Source: Terriglobia bacterium
GTDB taxonomy: Bacteria > Acidobacteriota > Terriglobia > 20CM-2-55-15
Length of the DNA: 64,000 nt
Assembly (NCBI GenBank): GCA_965263045.1
Contig: CBDHGK010000025.1
Span: 14,368-78,367 of the forward strand
Direction: 5' to 3'
Below, in pieces: positions 45,420 to 54,500 of the stretch. Position 1 is the stretch's first letter; each line of letters begins with the position of its first letter. The translations under genes and the position numbers were made by a program. The notes under the pieces are model-generated. The model was given only the letters and a program-made list of their open reading frames with translations, searched no databases and was not told where the DNA came from.

Positions 45420-47906
45420 ATGGAGATCGCGTTCGAAGAAATCATGGTGGGCGAACGGGGCCGTGCGCATGCCGTGCTGGCGTCGAGCCTGCCGGGCGAC
45501 ATTGCACGGTCCCTGGCCCACCACCTTGACTTGCCTGGACAATTGCCGCCGGGTTTTCAATTGGAGAACTATGTTTCCGGGTTCCCCCATGGAGGCCGAT
45601 ATGTGGTGGCGCGAACGAGTCTCGACCGTAGCGCCGCTCGACAGGGGATGGTGTTCAGTCATGCGCTAGTCGCTGATTTAGGGACGATCGGTGAATTGAT
45701 CGACATCGCTGCCGTGTTCGAACGCCTTGAAGGATCCCGCCCTGAAAGACCATTCACATCAAAAACGACGGTCAACGCTGCTGAAAGCAAGATAAGGGCG
45801 CGGCCTTCACCAGCGCTCTGCGACATGCTCGCGACAAGTTCGGATCGTCCAGTCGTCATTGGAGACCCTTCGGCGCTGGAGGGGGTAATCAGCACCCTAT
45901 GGCCGAGATTGTTACCAGGCATGCGCCGCGAAATGCGATTTCGATTGAGTTTCGGGCCAGAAGAAAGCGACATCGCAAAAGTCCACATCGTGGGTGTCCC
46001 CCGGGTCACCGTGACGCGCTGGCCTGCCGCACGCGTGATTGATCTTAAACAGGGCCTGGAAATGCCGAAAACGGCGGCCGGGAGATTCCTGAGCGGTGAA
46101 TTCAAAGGAGATTTAAGCGCGTTTCTCGCAAAACTATCGATTGACTGCAGAAGCTACGAAACCCTTGATCTTGCCTCGCGCGCCCTTGAACTCTCAAAAG
46201 TTAAACCGGCGTTTGAGAAAACTCTGCCTGCCCTACGGCTCATTGGCAGCTTGCAACCTGATCCAAGTAAGGGTGCGGCCATCAAGGCGTCGCTGTTGGG
46301 TCAACTCCCGAATCGCCCCGGTCCGAACAGTGTCCAAGAGTTCCTTTCCCTTCGAAACCTCGATCTTGCGCCGTTTCTGGAAAAGGACACGTTTCTAGAC
46401 AAGATTACGGAACGGTTCAGCCGCCTCTTTGAGACCGACGTAAACGTGGACGCATTGTCTCCTGTCGTGCAATCGGCATTCGATCCGTCCCAAGCGGCGG
46501 AAGACTGGCGCAACGCCTGCTGCACTGCGCTTGGTCGGCTGTCGCCCGTCGGAGCGCTTTCCGTGGCGCCTCTGGTTTGGACGATGTTGTCGACACGCCC
46601 CGAAGTCGGACGGTTTCTTCTTGATCAGGTCGCCGGCGTAGAGTCCATGGACCGCGCCATGGCTGCTTGCCTGGACAAAACGGGGCAATCGCACAATTCC
46701 GACCTCTCGCATGCGTTGATAGCTGCGGGGTTCGTCCAGACTGAGACTGCAACCCTGATAAATCGTCACGATGGCGACTTGGCTGAGGCGCTAAAGGAGG
46801 CCTGCGAGCGAGATCGGCAGCGATACGGAAATGGTGCGATCGGACATATTCTTGGACTGATGGAGCCAGACAGACAGGTGGCTGCGGCTCTTGTCGTCGA
46901 TGACCAGATCGTCACGACCACAGCCGCAGCCGCGGTTGCATCAGCACCAATGCTTTTGGCTGAGCTATCGCTCCGCAAGCCTCAGGTTCAGAAAGTGTGG
47001 ATTGAAGCATTGAAACGTGAAAACAGCGCCTGGCGAATCAGGACAAATGTCGTTGCGTTGCGCAATGAGGTGTTCGACAGTCTCTTGGATGACGAACTGG
47101 CATCGGACTTGATCGAACACCTGGTGTCGAGCCCCTTAGGGAATGTTTTGGACTATCCACGACGTGCGGCTATTTGGCGAGCACTTCCCGACCGTTGCCG
47201 CAACGTATGTTTGGCGTCGACGGCCGAAGCCTGGGCCAGATCGCTTCCGGATAGAGTTTTCCACGCTGAATATCTTGCTCCTGAGTATGAGCTGTCCATC
47301 GTCCTCGCTTCGCCGAAGATGCGGCAGGAGATGAAAACCGCACTGGAACACCTTGCGTTCGACGGTGTACTAAATGTGTTCACACGAAACGCTCAGCTAC
47401 CGGATGCACTCTTGACGGAGGTCTTCGCAACCTTCTACGGGTCCAACCGGCATCCTTCCGGTGAAGAATTCGCCCGCGCCGCACGATTGGTAACAGCGAG
47501 GGACTGGAGCCACTTCACCCGCAGCCTATTGAAGCGCTATGGCCTGACTGACGATTTGCGCGGGTTTTTCCAGATTTGCGCTAATCATTTGGACCTGTGG
47601 GATCGAGTATGGTATCGGTTGCGGCGTCCGTCGACGAACGACCTGCACGACCTTTTTGTCGAAACCGCCTGCGAACTTTATGCCTCGGGCCCGATGGATG
47701 GCGAGATTTGGGCTCGAGCCGGCGGTAATCCATCCCAACTCGACGTCTCCGGGACCGGAAAGCGACAATGGGACGCGGCCATCCGGAAAATCCGCAATGG
47801 TAACCGAGTGCGCGCATCATCTTTGATCGCTGCAATGCGCGCCGACTACCCTTCGAACAATCGACTGGACTATTTGGCCAAGGAATACCGTGACGAAACA
47901 TTTTAG
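45420..47906 (+). CDS. GAP1-N1-like protein with C-terminal EAD1 adaptor domain
   Basis: N-terminal H..LASS..YVSGFP..YVVART.D..RQGMVFSHAL; C-terminal ELYASGP..IWARAGG.PS.L...W..A...L...DYPSN. Confidence 0.8.
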   Translation: MEIAFEEIMVGERGRAHAVLASSLPGDIARSLAHHLDLPGQLPPGFQLENYVSGFPHGGRYVVARTSLDRSAARQGMVFSHALVADLGTIGELIDIAAVFERLEGSRPERPFTSKTTVNAAESKIRARPSPALCDMLATSSDRPVVIGDPSALEGVISTLWPRLLPGMRREMRFRLSFGPEESDIAKVHIVGVPRVTVTRWPAARVIDLKQGLEMPKTAAGRFLSGEFKGDLSAFLAKLSIDCRSYETLDLASRALELSKVKPAFEKTLPALRLIGSLQPDPSKGAAIKASLLGQLPNRPGPNSVQEFLSLRNLDLAPFLEKDTFLDKITERFSRLFETDVNVDALSPVVQSAFDPSQAAEDWRNACCTALGRLSPVGALSVAPLVWTMLSTRPEVGRFLLDQVAGVESMDRAMAACLDKTGQSHNSDLSHALIAAGFVQTETATLINRHDGDLAEALKEACERDRQRYGNGAIGHILGLMEPDRQVAAALVVDDQIVTTTAAAAVASAPMLLAELSLRKPQVQKVWIEALKRENSAWRIRTNVVALRNEVFDSLLDDELASDLIEHLVSSPLGNVLDYPRRAAIWRALPDRCRNVCLASTAEAWARSLPDRVFHAEYLAPEYELSIVLASPKMRQEMKTALEHLAFDGVLNVFTRNAQLPDALLTEVFATFYGSNRHPSGEEFARAARLVTARDWSHFTRSLLKRYGLTDDLRGFFQICANHLDLWDRVWYRLRRPSTNDLHDLFVETACELYASGPMDGEIWARAGGNPSQLDVSGTGKRQWDAAIRKIRNGNRVRASSLIAAMRADYPSNNRLDYLAKEYRDETF

Positions 47907-48954
47907 GGGATATGCCTTGATCGTGACAGTCGAGCAGAACACGCATGATCGACTTCCCGACCTTGGTGAAAGCGTTCGTGCTGACGGCGATCTCATCGAA
48001 CGTGTCCTGTTGGATGAAGAGGTTTGCGGTTATGGCTCAGACCGCGTCGTACGCCTCAAAGGAACAAGTGCGACGGCTGAGAACATACGCGCCGCACTGG
48101 ACGCGCTACTCAGAACCGTCGCTCCCGAGGATCCGGTTTTCTTTTATTTCTCAGGCCACGGCGATGCGTGTTCATGCGACGGATCCGACGGGGCTTCATT
48201 ATTTCCATGGGATGCCGATATTGGCCGGTGTGAGAATGTTCTGACGTCTGGCGTGTTGGCACAGGCCTGGGGCGGCATCCCCTCGAAACGTAAACTCGCC
48301 GTGGTCGATGCCTGCTATTCGGGTGGCCTCAGAATGACAAAGTCTACAGTGGCACCGGAGAAACGTCTCTCAAGACCTCAATTGAACGCACTGTCAGACG
48401 GAGAAGGATCGGTTCTGATCTCATCGAGCCGATCTGTCGAGCCGTCTCTGATCCTGTGGCGAGACTCCACGAGCCTTTTCACAAAACATTTGGCAAACGG
48501 ATTGCTGGGGCACGGTGGTCACGACGGAGGCGGTTTTGTTCGGGTGTTCGACCTCTTTAATTACGTGGCGATCGAGGTCCGGCATGAAGCGCCGGGGCAA
48601 TCCCCGGTCTACGCCGCCTATCATCAAGACCAGAACTTCGCGGTCGCCTGTTGCGTGGATGCAGCACGTCGAAAGACGCGTACGCCCCTTACAGAGATGG
48701 CGGCCAATGGCGACCGGCTACAGGCGATCACGGCGGTGTTCTCCTCCCTCTATCCTTTAGGGCCGACGGACCAGGCGATTTGGGAACGCGCTGGAGGTGA
48801 TCTTTCGCGGCTGACACTAAGCGGGCAGGGGCGGGCAGATTGGTTTAGGGCCATCCAGTTGCTGGACCGCGGCGGCGGATCGCTCACGATTGAAGGGCTT
48901 TGCCGAGAGGCATTGTCAGACTACCCGCGAAATCACGATCTTGAGCACCTGTAA
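47890..48954 (+). CDS. Caspase-family (C14) peptidase with C-terminal EAD1 domain
   Basis: YFSGHG (His) and VVDACYSG (Cys) dyad, SLFTKHL, QSP; C-terminal LYPLGP..IWERAGGDLSRL...W...DYPRN. Confidence 0.9.
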   Translation: MTKHFRGYALIVTVEQNTHDRLPDLGESVRADGDLIERVLLDEEVCGYGSDRVVRLKGTSATAENIRAALDALLRTVAPEDPVFFYFSGHGDACSCDGSDGASLFPWDADIGRCENVLTSGVLAQAWGGIPSKRKLAVVDACYSGGLRMTKSTVAPEKRLSRPQLNALSDGEGSVLISSSRSVEPSLILWRDSTSLFTKHLANGLLGHGGHDGGGFVRVFDLFNYVAIEVRHEAPGQSPVYAAYHQDQNFAVACCVDAARRKTRTPLTEMAANGDRLQAITAVFSSLYPLGPTDQAIWERAGGDLSRLTLSGQGRADWFRAIQLLDRGGGSLTIEGLCREALSDYPRNHDLEHL

Positions 48955-49016
48955 CATTATCTTAGAAGGACTGCATGAATACACGCTAAGGACGCTTTTT
49001 CACAGAGCGGGGTCGC

Positions 49017-49624
49017 CTAGCAGCCCGAGGTAGAACTACCTTTAGCTGAGCGGCAGTTCATCCGTGTCCGAAGCGAGCGACGGGCCGGGAATCCGCTCCA
49101 ATCGCGGTTCAGGGTCGATGAGAAGCCCTTCATAGTCGTTGCAGAGCAGAATCAGGAGCAGGAGGGCCGCCACACACTGGCCCTGGGGCCCCCGGGGCGT
49201 GCCCTTTCCGTGACTGTGACGCAACAGAAGGCTGAGATTCAGAGCGGCGTACTGAATCAGGATACGTTTGAGAATATTGTCCCTGTGCCGGAGGTGTACC
49301 CGTTGCATGCCGCCCGTTTCCAATGTGTGAGCGAACGGCCGTTCCAGCATGAGGCCCCGCTGACGGAGCAGGTGTTTGCCGCGTTCGCCATGGATCCGCC
49401 GCCGGTTAGCGTAAACCGCCTCCTTCTCTTCGGTCTTGTTCTTCCAGTTGCGCCGCCCGCGGCTCGGTTCCGAACTGTAGGTCCGGATTCCCACTTCTCG
49501 GAACACCGTCATCGTGTCGTTGCTGTGATAGCCCTTGTCGGTCACCAGTTCACTGAAGAAGTTGTCGCGGAGTTTCAGCCCGGGGTCGGCGGCCAGCCGT
49601 TCCATCTGGCGGGCCGCTTCGGTG
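49017..49624 (-). mobile_element. IS1182-like transposase 3' remnant and element end
   Basis: VTDKGYHSN, RG..LERPFAH.LETGGM.RVHLR...NL; terminus GGGCTGCTAG on the minus strand near 49017; 5' part missing. Confidence 0.7.
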
Positions 49625-50262
49625 AGCGTTGTTGCATGGATCATCCCGAAGGATGTCTTATCATTGTGTTTTTCAACACAGGGGATAACCTAGATGCCAC
49701 ATAAGTTCAACGCAGCGCGACGGCACAAGTTTGATAAGGCGCAGTACCGGGTGATCAACTGGGCAGAATATAACGAGAGCCTGCGCCAGCGGGGTGATCT
49801 GACGGTTTGGGTCAGTGATGAGGCTCAAAGTGTGTGGCGCGCGCCGCACCGCACGTCACGGGGTGGCCAGCGGAGATACTCGGATCTGGCGATCGAGACA
49901 TGCCTGACGCTGCGCACGGCGTATCGGCTGGGGTTGCGACAAACGCAGGGGCTGATGGGTTCCATCGGCACGCTCATGGGGCTGGATATACCGGTGCCGG
50001 ATTACTCCACACTGTCGCGTCGCGCAAACGGCTTGAGCATCGCTCAGGTGATGAGGCAATCCGGATCTGTGCCTGTCCATCCGGTGGTGGACAGTACCGC
50101 CTTGCCCGGGCTCCTGGATCAACTCGATGCCCCGGTCACGGGCTTTCTGGCTGACGGCGCCTAATGACCGCACTCGGACGGCCTGTGTTCGAACGCATCG
50201 CCTGAGCTACGGCTTGGGGAAAGGGGGAATTCCATCCCCGCCCCAATCCATGCAACAACGCT
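49625..50262 (+). mobile_element. Internally deleted IS5-family element (638 bp)
   Basis: Perfect 17-bp IR AGCGTTGTTGCATGGAT at both ends; ORF 49694..50164 YRVINWAEYNESLRQRGDLTVW, PDYSTLSRR, VDST joined directly to LPGLLDQ...LADGA*. Confidence 0.85.
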
Positions 50263-50620
50263 GCGGGGAACCGAGTCTCCCTTCTCCACATAGCACACAG
50301 CGGCTCCAATCCCGACGCAGTCCGGCTTTTCCAGTTGCGGCACGTTCGGGAATGGACCTAAAGCCAGAATCAAACACCTCCACGGGGAACTGCAATTATC
50401 ATGCATCTATTACCGCCGGTCCGCATCGAAAATGTGCACCCTGCCGCCGGGTATGTCGGCCGTCATCCCGGACCCGGCGTCACCTCCACCTTTCGCCGTC
50501 GACCGTGGCGGGGAGGCGTGAGGCGACGTTTCCGCTCGTTCCTTGAGTCGACTTCGCCAGCGGAACCGTTACACGGATCGCCATCGGCCACAAAGATGCG
50601 TGCGGTGAACGGATCGGCTA

Positions 50621-51811
50621 TCACGGACGCAAATCGAGAGATGCTGTTTTTGTGTCATATGAATACTGGGTGATCGTTCCCTCCCTAATCTTCTCGACGG
50701 CATCGTCGATCGCGCCGAGGGGCACCAGAAACCATTCGCGCGGCACGACCGGGTTACCGAAACGATCCTTGATCTCGATCTCAAGGCGTGCGGGGGCAAA
50801 GATGCGGTGGATCAGGTTTTCCAGCTTGCTGCGGTTGATGTTGTAGAGCTTGTAAGTGGCGACGACCTCGACATCCGCCATAAGGAATGTTGGTTCCAGC
50901 CTTGCACCTGCGATGCGCTCTTCAACGCTTGCATTCGTGACGCCTATCTTGTGGACTAGATCGCGGTTCCCTGCGACAAACGGAAGATTGGATTTACTCC
51001 GCAGGACATAGATCGTGCCGCGGGCCTCGTCGCCGTCCTCAGTCTGGCCGGCAAACAGGGGGCCGGCCGTGGCATCGGTAATCCGTCTGCCTGCGGCATC
51101 CTTGTGGAGCGAGCGCTGAAGCGAGCGCCTGAGCATGTTGTTTTCGGTGCCATTGTCGAAGATCACCCGCAGCCGGGCGTCCTTGTCGCCATATTGTTGC
51201 GTGAACAGCTTTCCCATTTCGGCCACATAGGCTTTCTGGCCACCGACGATGAAGAACCGGCCCGGCTTGATTTCCGCCTTGAGTTCGACCGGACGGGTCT
51301 CGCGGACACCCTTATTGAGTTCCTTCTGAACCTGCTCGAAGAGCGGCCGGAACGTCTCGAAGTCCTCGCATTTCCGGCGAGTGGCGACTTCCTCCGCCGC
51401 GCGCTTTTCTGCAGTTGATCGCACATGGCGAAGCTCGGTGATGTCCGCCTCCACAGCCTCGATGCCGAGTTCGGCCAGAAGTACATCGTCGTCCATGTTT
51501 TCCGGAAACGACAATGCCGTTGCAGGTTCTCCTGTCAGAAGCGCCTGACGGTCGATCGGCGCGATCAGCCCGCGAGATTCTTCCTGTTTGCGGATACGAT
51601 CCAGCCTGACGGCATAGAGTTGCTCGAAGATGTCACGACGCTCGCCGCGTTGCGGCGCGCGGCCATGCGTCTCGACGAAGCGCTGAATCTCCTCAAAGCC
51701 TGCAATTATCCGTTCATCGCGAGGCGTGCGGCGGGCAGCCTTCGTGGGTTCGACCTCGACGCCGAGTTCGGCGAGAAGGGCGTCGTCCTGTTCCGTGAAG
51801 TCCTTAGACAT
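50621..51811 (-). CDS. YeeC-like GIY-YIG/T5orf172-domain nuclease
   Basis: GTIYVLRS, HKIGVT, ERI, LENLIHRIF, PREWFLV. Confidence 0.88.
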   Translation of the reverse strand: MSKDFTEQDDALLAELGVEVEPTKAARRTPRDERIIAGFEEIQRFVETHGRAPQRGERRDIFEQLYAVRLDRIRKQEESRGLIAPIDRQALLTGEPATALSFPENMDDDVLLAELGIEAVEADITELRHVRSTAEKRAAEEVATRRKCEDFETFRPLFEQVQKELNKGVRETRPVELKAEIKPGRFFIVGGQKAYVAEMGKLFTQQYGDKDARLRVIFDNGTENNMLRRSLQRSLHKDAAGRRITDATAGPLFAGQTEDGDEARGTIYVLRSKSNLPFVAGNRDLVHKIGVTNASVEERIAGARLEPTFLMADVEVVATYKLYNINRSKLENLIHRIFAPARLEIEIKDRFGNPVVPREWFLVPLGAIDDAVEKIREGTITQYSYDTKTASLDLRP

Positions 51812-53855
51812 CGGCGGCCGCGGCTCTCATCCGGGCAAGGAAGGCCACTCCTTCGGCCATGCGCTTCTCCCAGGCATCAGGCGATGTGATCGAAGGCAGC
51901 CGGCCGCGCTCCTGCTTGAACTTCAAGGCACGACTTGCGAGGTCGCGGGCCTCCTCGGGCGTAAGCTGGACCTTCTTCGCAGAAATGACGGCGGCAACCT
52001 GCTTTAGCCTCTCTTCGCTCATCGTCTTGGCGAGGATGGCATAGGCTTCGCCAAACGGATTGATCCGGTCAATCAGGTCAATATTGAGATCGCGCACATC
52101 CATCGCGAATCGCCGCACGCCGTCGATCAGGGCCGTACTGCTACTGTTCTCCGGATCGGCGTCACCAACCGCGATCTCTTTCGCCTTTTGGGTCAGGTTC
52201 AGGGCGGCAATGGCATGCTGGCGCACGGCTTCCCGATTCTCTTCGTTGAGTCCGGGGTACCTGTCCTTGATGATCTTGCCCATCCGCACCTGGGTCAGTT
52301 CCTCAGGCACAAGCTCATCATCGAAAATCCCACGCTCGACCGCGGTCTTGTCCTGCACAAAGGCGGTAATCACCTCGTTCAGGTCTTTCTGGCAAATGCG
52401 CCCGGCCTCCTTGCTCTTCGGCTCTGCCAAGCCCTTGATCTCGATCTGGAACTGGCCGGTCTTCTCATTGAAGCCGACATTGCATTTGCCGGAGTCGTAG
52501 CCCCCTTCGCCATAGTCGAAGCCTTCGACCGGCCCGCTAGCCTGCACCTTGGGCGCGAAGTTAAAGCGCGGAGCCAGCACCTGTTCCATGAGCAAGCTTG
52601 CCGCGATGGCCTTCAGCGTGTCATTCACGGCCTCGGTGACAGCGTCTTCGGAGGCATCCGGTTCCGCAATCAGGTTGGTGAAGCGGGACCGGGTCTTTCC
52701 GGGCGCGTCGCGCGTGGCGCGGCCGATGATCTGCACGATCTCCGTCAGGCTGGACCGGTAGCCGACCGTGAGCGCATGATCGCACCAGATCCAGTCGAAT
52801 CCTTCCTTGGCCATGCCAAGGGCGACGATGATGTCCACGTGGTCGCGGTTGTGTTTTTGCGCCGGGTCCCTGAGCGCCGCCGCGACCCGGTCTCGACGGG
52901 CCGGATTGTCATCGACCAGGTCGGCGATCCGGAGGACACGGCCTCCGGGCGTCTTAACGAGCTGGAAGCCGCTTGCAGGATCGGTTCCCTGCCACTCGCC
53001 CAGTTCCTCGATGATGTGCTCGACCTCCCGGACCTTGTCCTTGGTGCTCTCCCGCGAATTGACGCTCGGGATGTGAATGATCGTCTTCTCGTCCGGATCA
53101 AGCACCTCCAGGATGTCGTCGGCATAACTCCCGGTGTAGAAGAAATAGCCGATGTCGAGCCGCTTCAGATGCTCATAGCCGTTGAGTTGCTCGTAGTAGG
53201 TGTAGGTAACGGTTTCGAACTTCGCCTCGTCATCGGGCATCAGCACGGGCTCGGCATCCCCGCGGAAGTACGACCCCGTCATCGCCACGATATGCGTCTT
53301 GTCGCGTGCAACGAACTGGCCGAGATGCATGCCCAGCTTGTTGTCGGGATTGACCGAGACGTGATGAAACTCGTCCACGGCGATCAGGCGGTCGTCAAAG
53401 GCTTCCACTCCGAACTTGTCCACGGCGAAACGGAAGGTGGCGTGGGTGCACACCATAAACTCATCGCTGCTGTCGAGAAACGCCTTGACGGACTTGACCT
53501 TGCCGCCCTCGGTACCCGGCGCGCTGCAGAGGTTCCATTGCGGCCGAACGGTCCAGTCGGACCAGAAGCCGAATTGACTCAACGGCTCATCATTGAAGCT
53601 GGCCCCGATCGTCATCTCGGGCACGACGATGATGGCTTGGCGCAGATCCTGGCTGTGGACCTTGTCCAACGCAATGAACATCAGCGCCCGGCTCTTGCCG
53701 GAGGCTGGGGGCGATTTGATCAGGAGATACTGCTCCCCGCGCTTCGCCCAGGCCCGCTCCTGCATCGGGCGCATGCCCATCTCATTGGATCTGGTGGAGA
53801 CGCCGTTCCGCGCGTAGGTGACCGAGACCGAGGGGATGCTCCTGCTGGTGGTCAT
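51804..53855 (-). CDS. YeeB-like superfamily II DEAD/DEAH helicase
   Basis: PPASGKS, DEFHH, MTGS, KEGFD, QIIGRATR. Confidence 0.92.
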   Translation of the reverse strand: MTTSRSIPSVSVTYARNGVSTRSNEMGMRPMQERAWAKRGEQYLLIKSPPASGKSRALMFIALDKVHSQDLRQAIIVVPEMTIGASFNDEPLSQFGFWSDWTVRPQWNLCSAPGTEGGKVKSVKAFLDSSDEFMVCTHATFRFAVDKFGVEAFDDRLIAVDEFHHVSVNPDNKLGMHLGQFVARDKTHIVAMTGSYFRGDAEPVLMPDDEAKFETVTYTYYEQLNGYEHLKRLDIGYFFYTGSYADDILEVLDPDEKTIIHIPSVNSRESTKDKVREVEHIIEELGEWQGTDPASGFQLVKTPGGRVLRIADLVDDNPARRDRVAAALRDPAQKHNRDHVDIIVALGMAKEGFDWIWCDHALTVGYRSSLTEIVQIIGRATRDAPGKTRSRFTNLIAEPDASEDAVTEAVNDTLKAIAASLLMEQVLAPRFNFAPKVQASGPVEGFDYGEGGYDSGKCNVGFNEKTGQFQIEIKGLAEPKSKEAGRICQKDLNEVITAFVQDKTAVERGIFDDELVPEELTQVRMGKIIKDRYPGLNEENREAVRQHAIAALNLTQKAKEIAVGDADPENSSSTALIDGVRRFAMDVRDLNIDLIDRINPFGEAYAILAKTMSEERLKQVAAVISAKKVQLTPEEARDLASRALKFKQERGRLPSITSPDAWEKRMAEGVAFLARMRAAAADV

Positions 53856-54178
53856 TGGAACAAATCGGCATGGGTGCCGACACGGACGAAGTTGATCGAA
53901 CCGCCCGGGCCGACCGAATCATCAACCTGATAAATCAGCAGGAAGTCGCCACCCACATGACATTCCCGGTGGTTCGCCCAAACCCCCTTCAGCGCGTGAT
54001 CCCTCCGTTCGGGACCGAGCGGGGCGTCGTTTGCAATGAGAAGCAGCATGACCGCCTTCAGCCGCTTCATATCATATCGGCCGGAACGCGACAGTCGCTC
54101 CCAGTCCTTGACAAAATCCCGGGTATAGTCCGCCCGGCGCGGCGGTCGGGTTCTTTTATTCGCGGCTGGATTCTTCAA
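53852..54178 (-). CDS. yafQ: YafQ-family mRNA interferase toxin
   Basis: DHALKGVWANHRECHVGGDFLLIY, RVGTHADLF. Confidence 0.92.
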   Translation of the reverse strand: MKNPAANKRTRPPRRADYTRDFVKDWERLSRSGRYDMKRLKAVMLLLIANDAPLGPERRDHALKGVWANHRECHVGGDFLLIYQVDDSVGPGGSINFVRVGTHADLFQ

Positions 54179-54437
54179 GTTCCGTAAACATCTCGTTCGC
54201 GCTTGCGAATCGCGCTTTGCCCCGCTTCATCATTTCTTCCGACTCGGCCATGGCCCTTTGGGTTTGCGCGTTGGGAACTTTGAGTTCGAGGGGGAAGGCC
54301 TGATCGGCCGCGATCCGGTGGAACAGCAGGCGCACGGCATCAGAAGCCGACAGTCCCATTGCCGCCAGCGTCTCGGTCGCCTTCTGTTTCAACTCGCTGT
54401 CCATCCGGACGTGGAGCATGGAACTCGGTGTGCTCAT
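54156..54437 (-). CDS. dinJ: RelB/DinJ-family antitoxin
   Basis: VRMDSELKQKA..L..MGLS.SDAVRL...FPLELKVPNAQT. Confidence 0.92.
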   Translation of the reverse strand: MSTPSSMLHVRMDSELKQKATETLAAMGLSASDAVRLLFHRIAADQAFPLELKVPNAQTQRAMAESEEMMKRGKARFASANEMFTELEESSRE

Positions 54438-54500
54438 TCATGTCTCCTGTATCTCAATTGAGTTATGACAGATTGACCCGATCCAGTCAACTGGACGTGG

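Noticed and set aside
52188-53930. 580-aa plus-strand ORF
   Set aside because: Antisense to the helicase, which has all the SF2 motifs.
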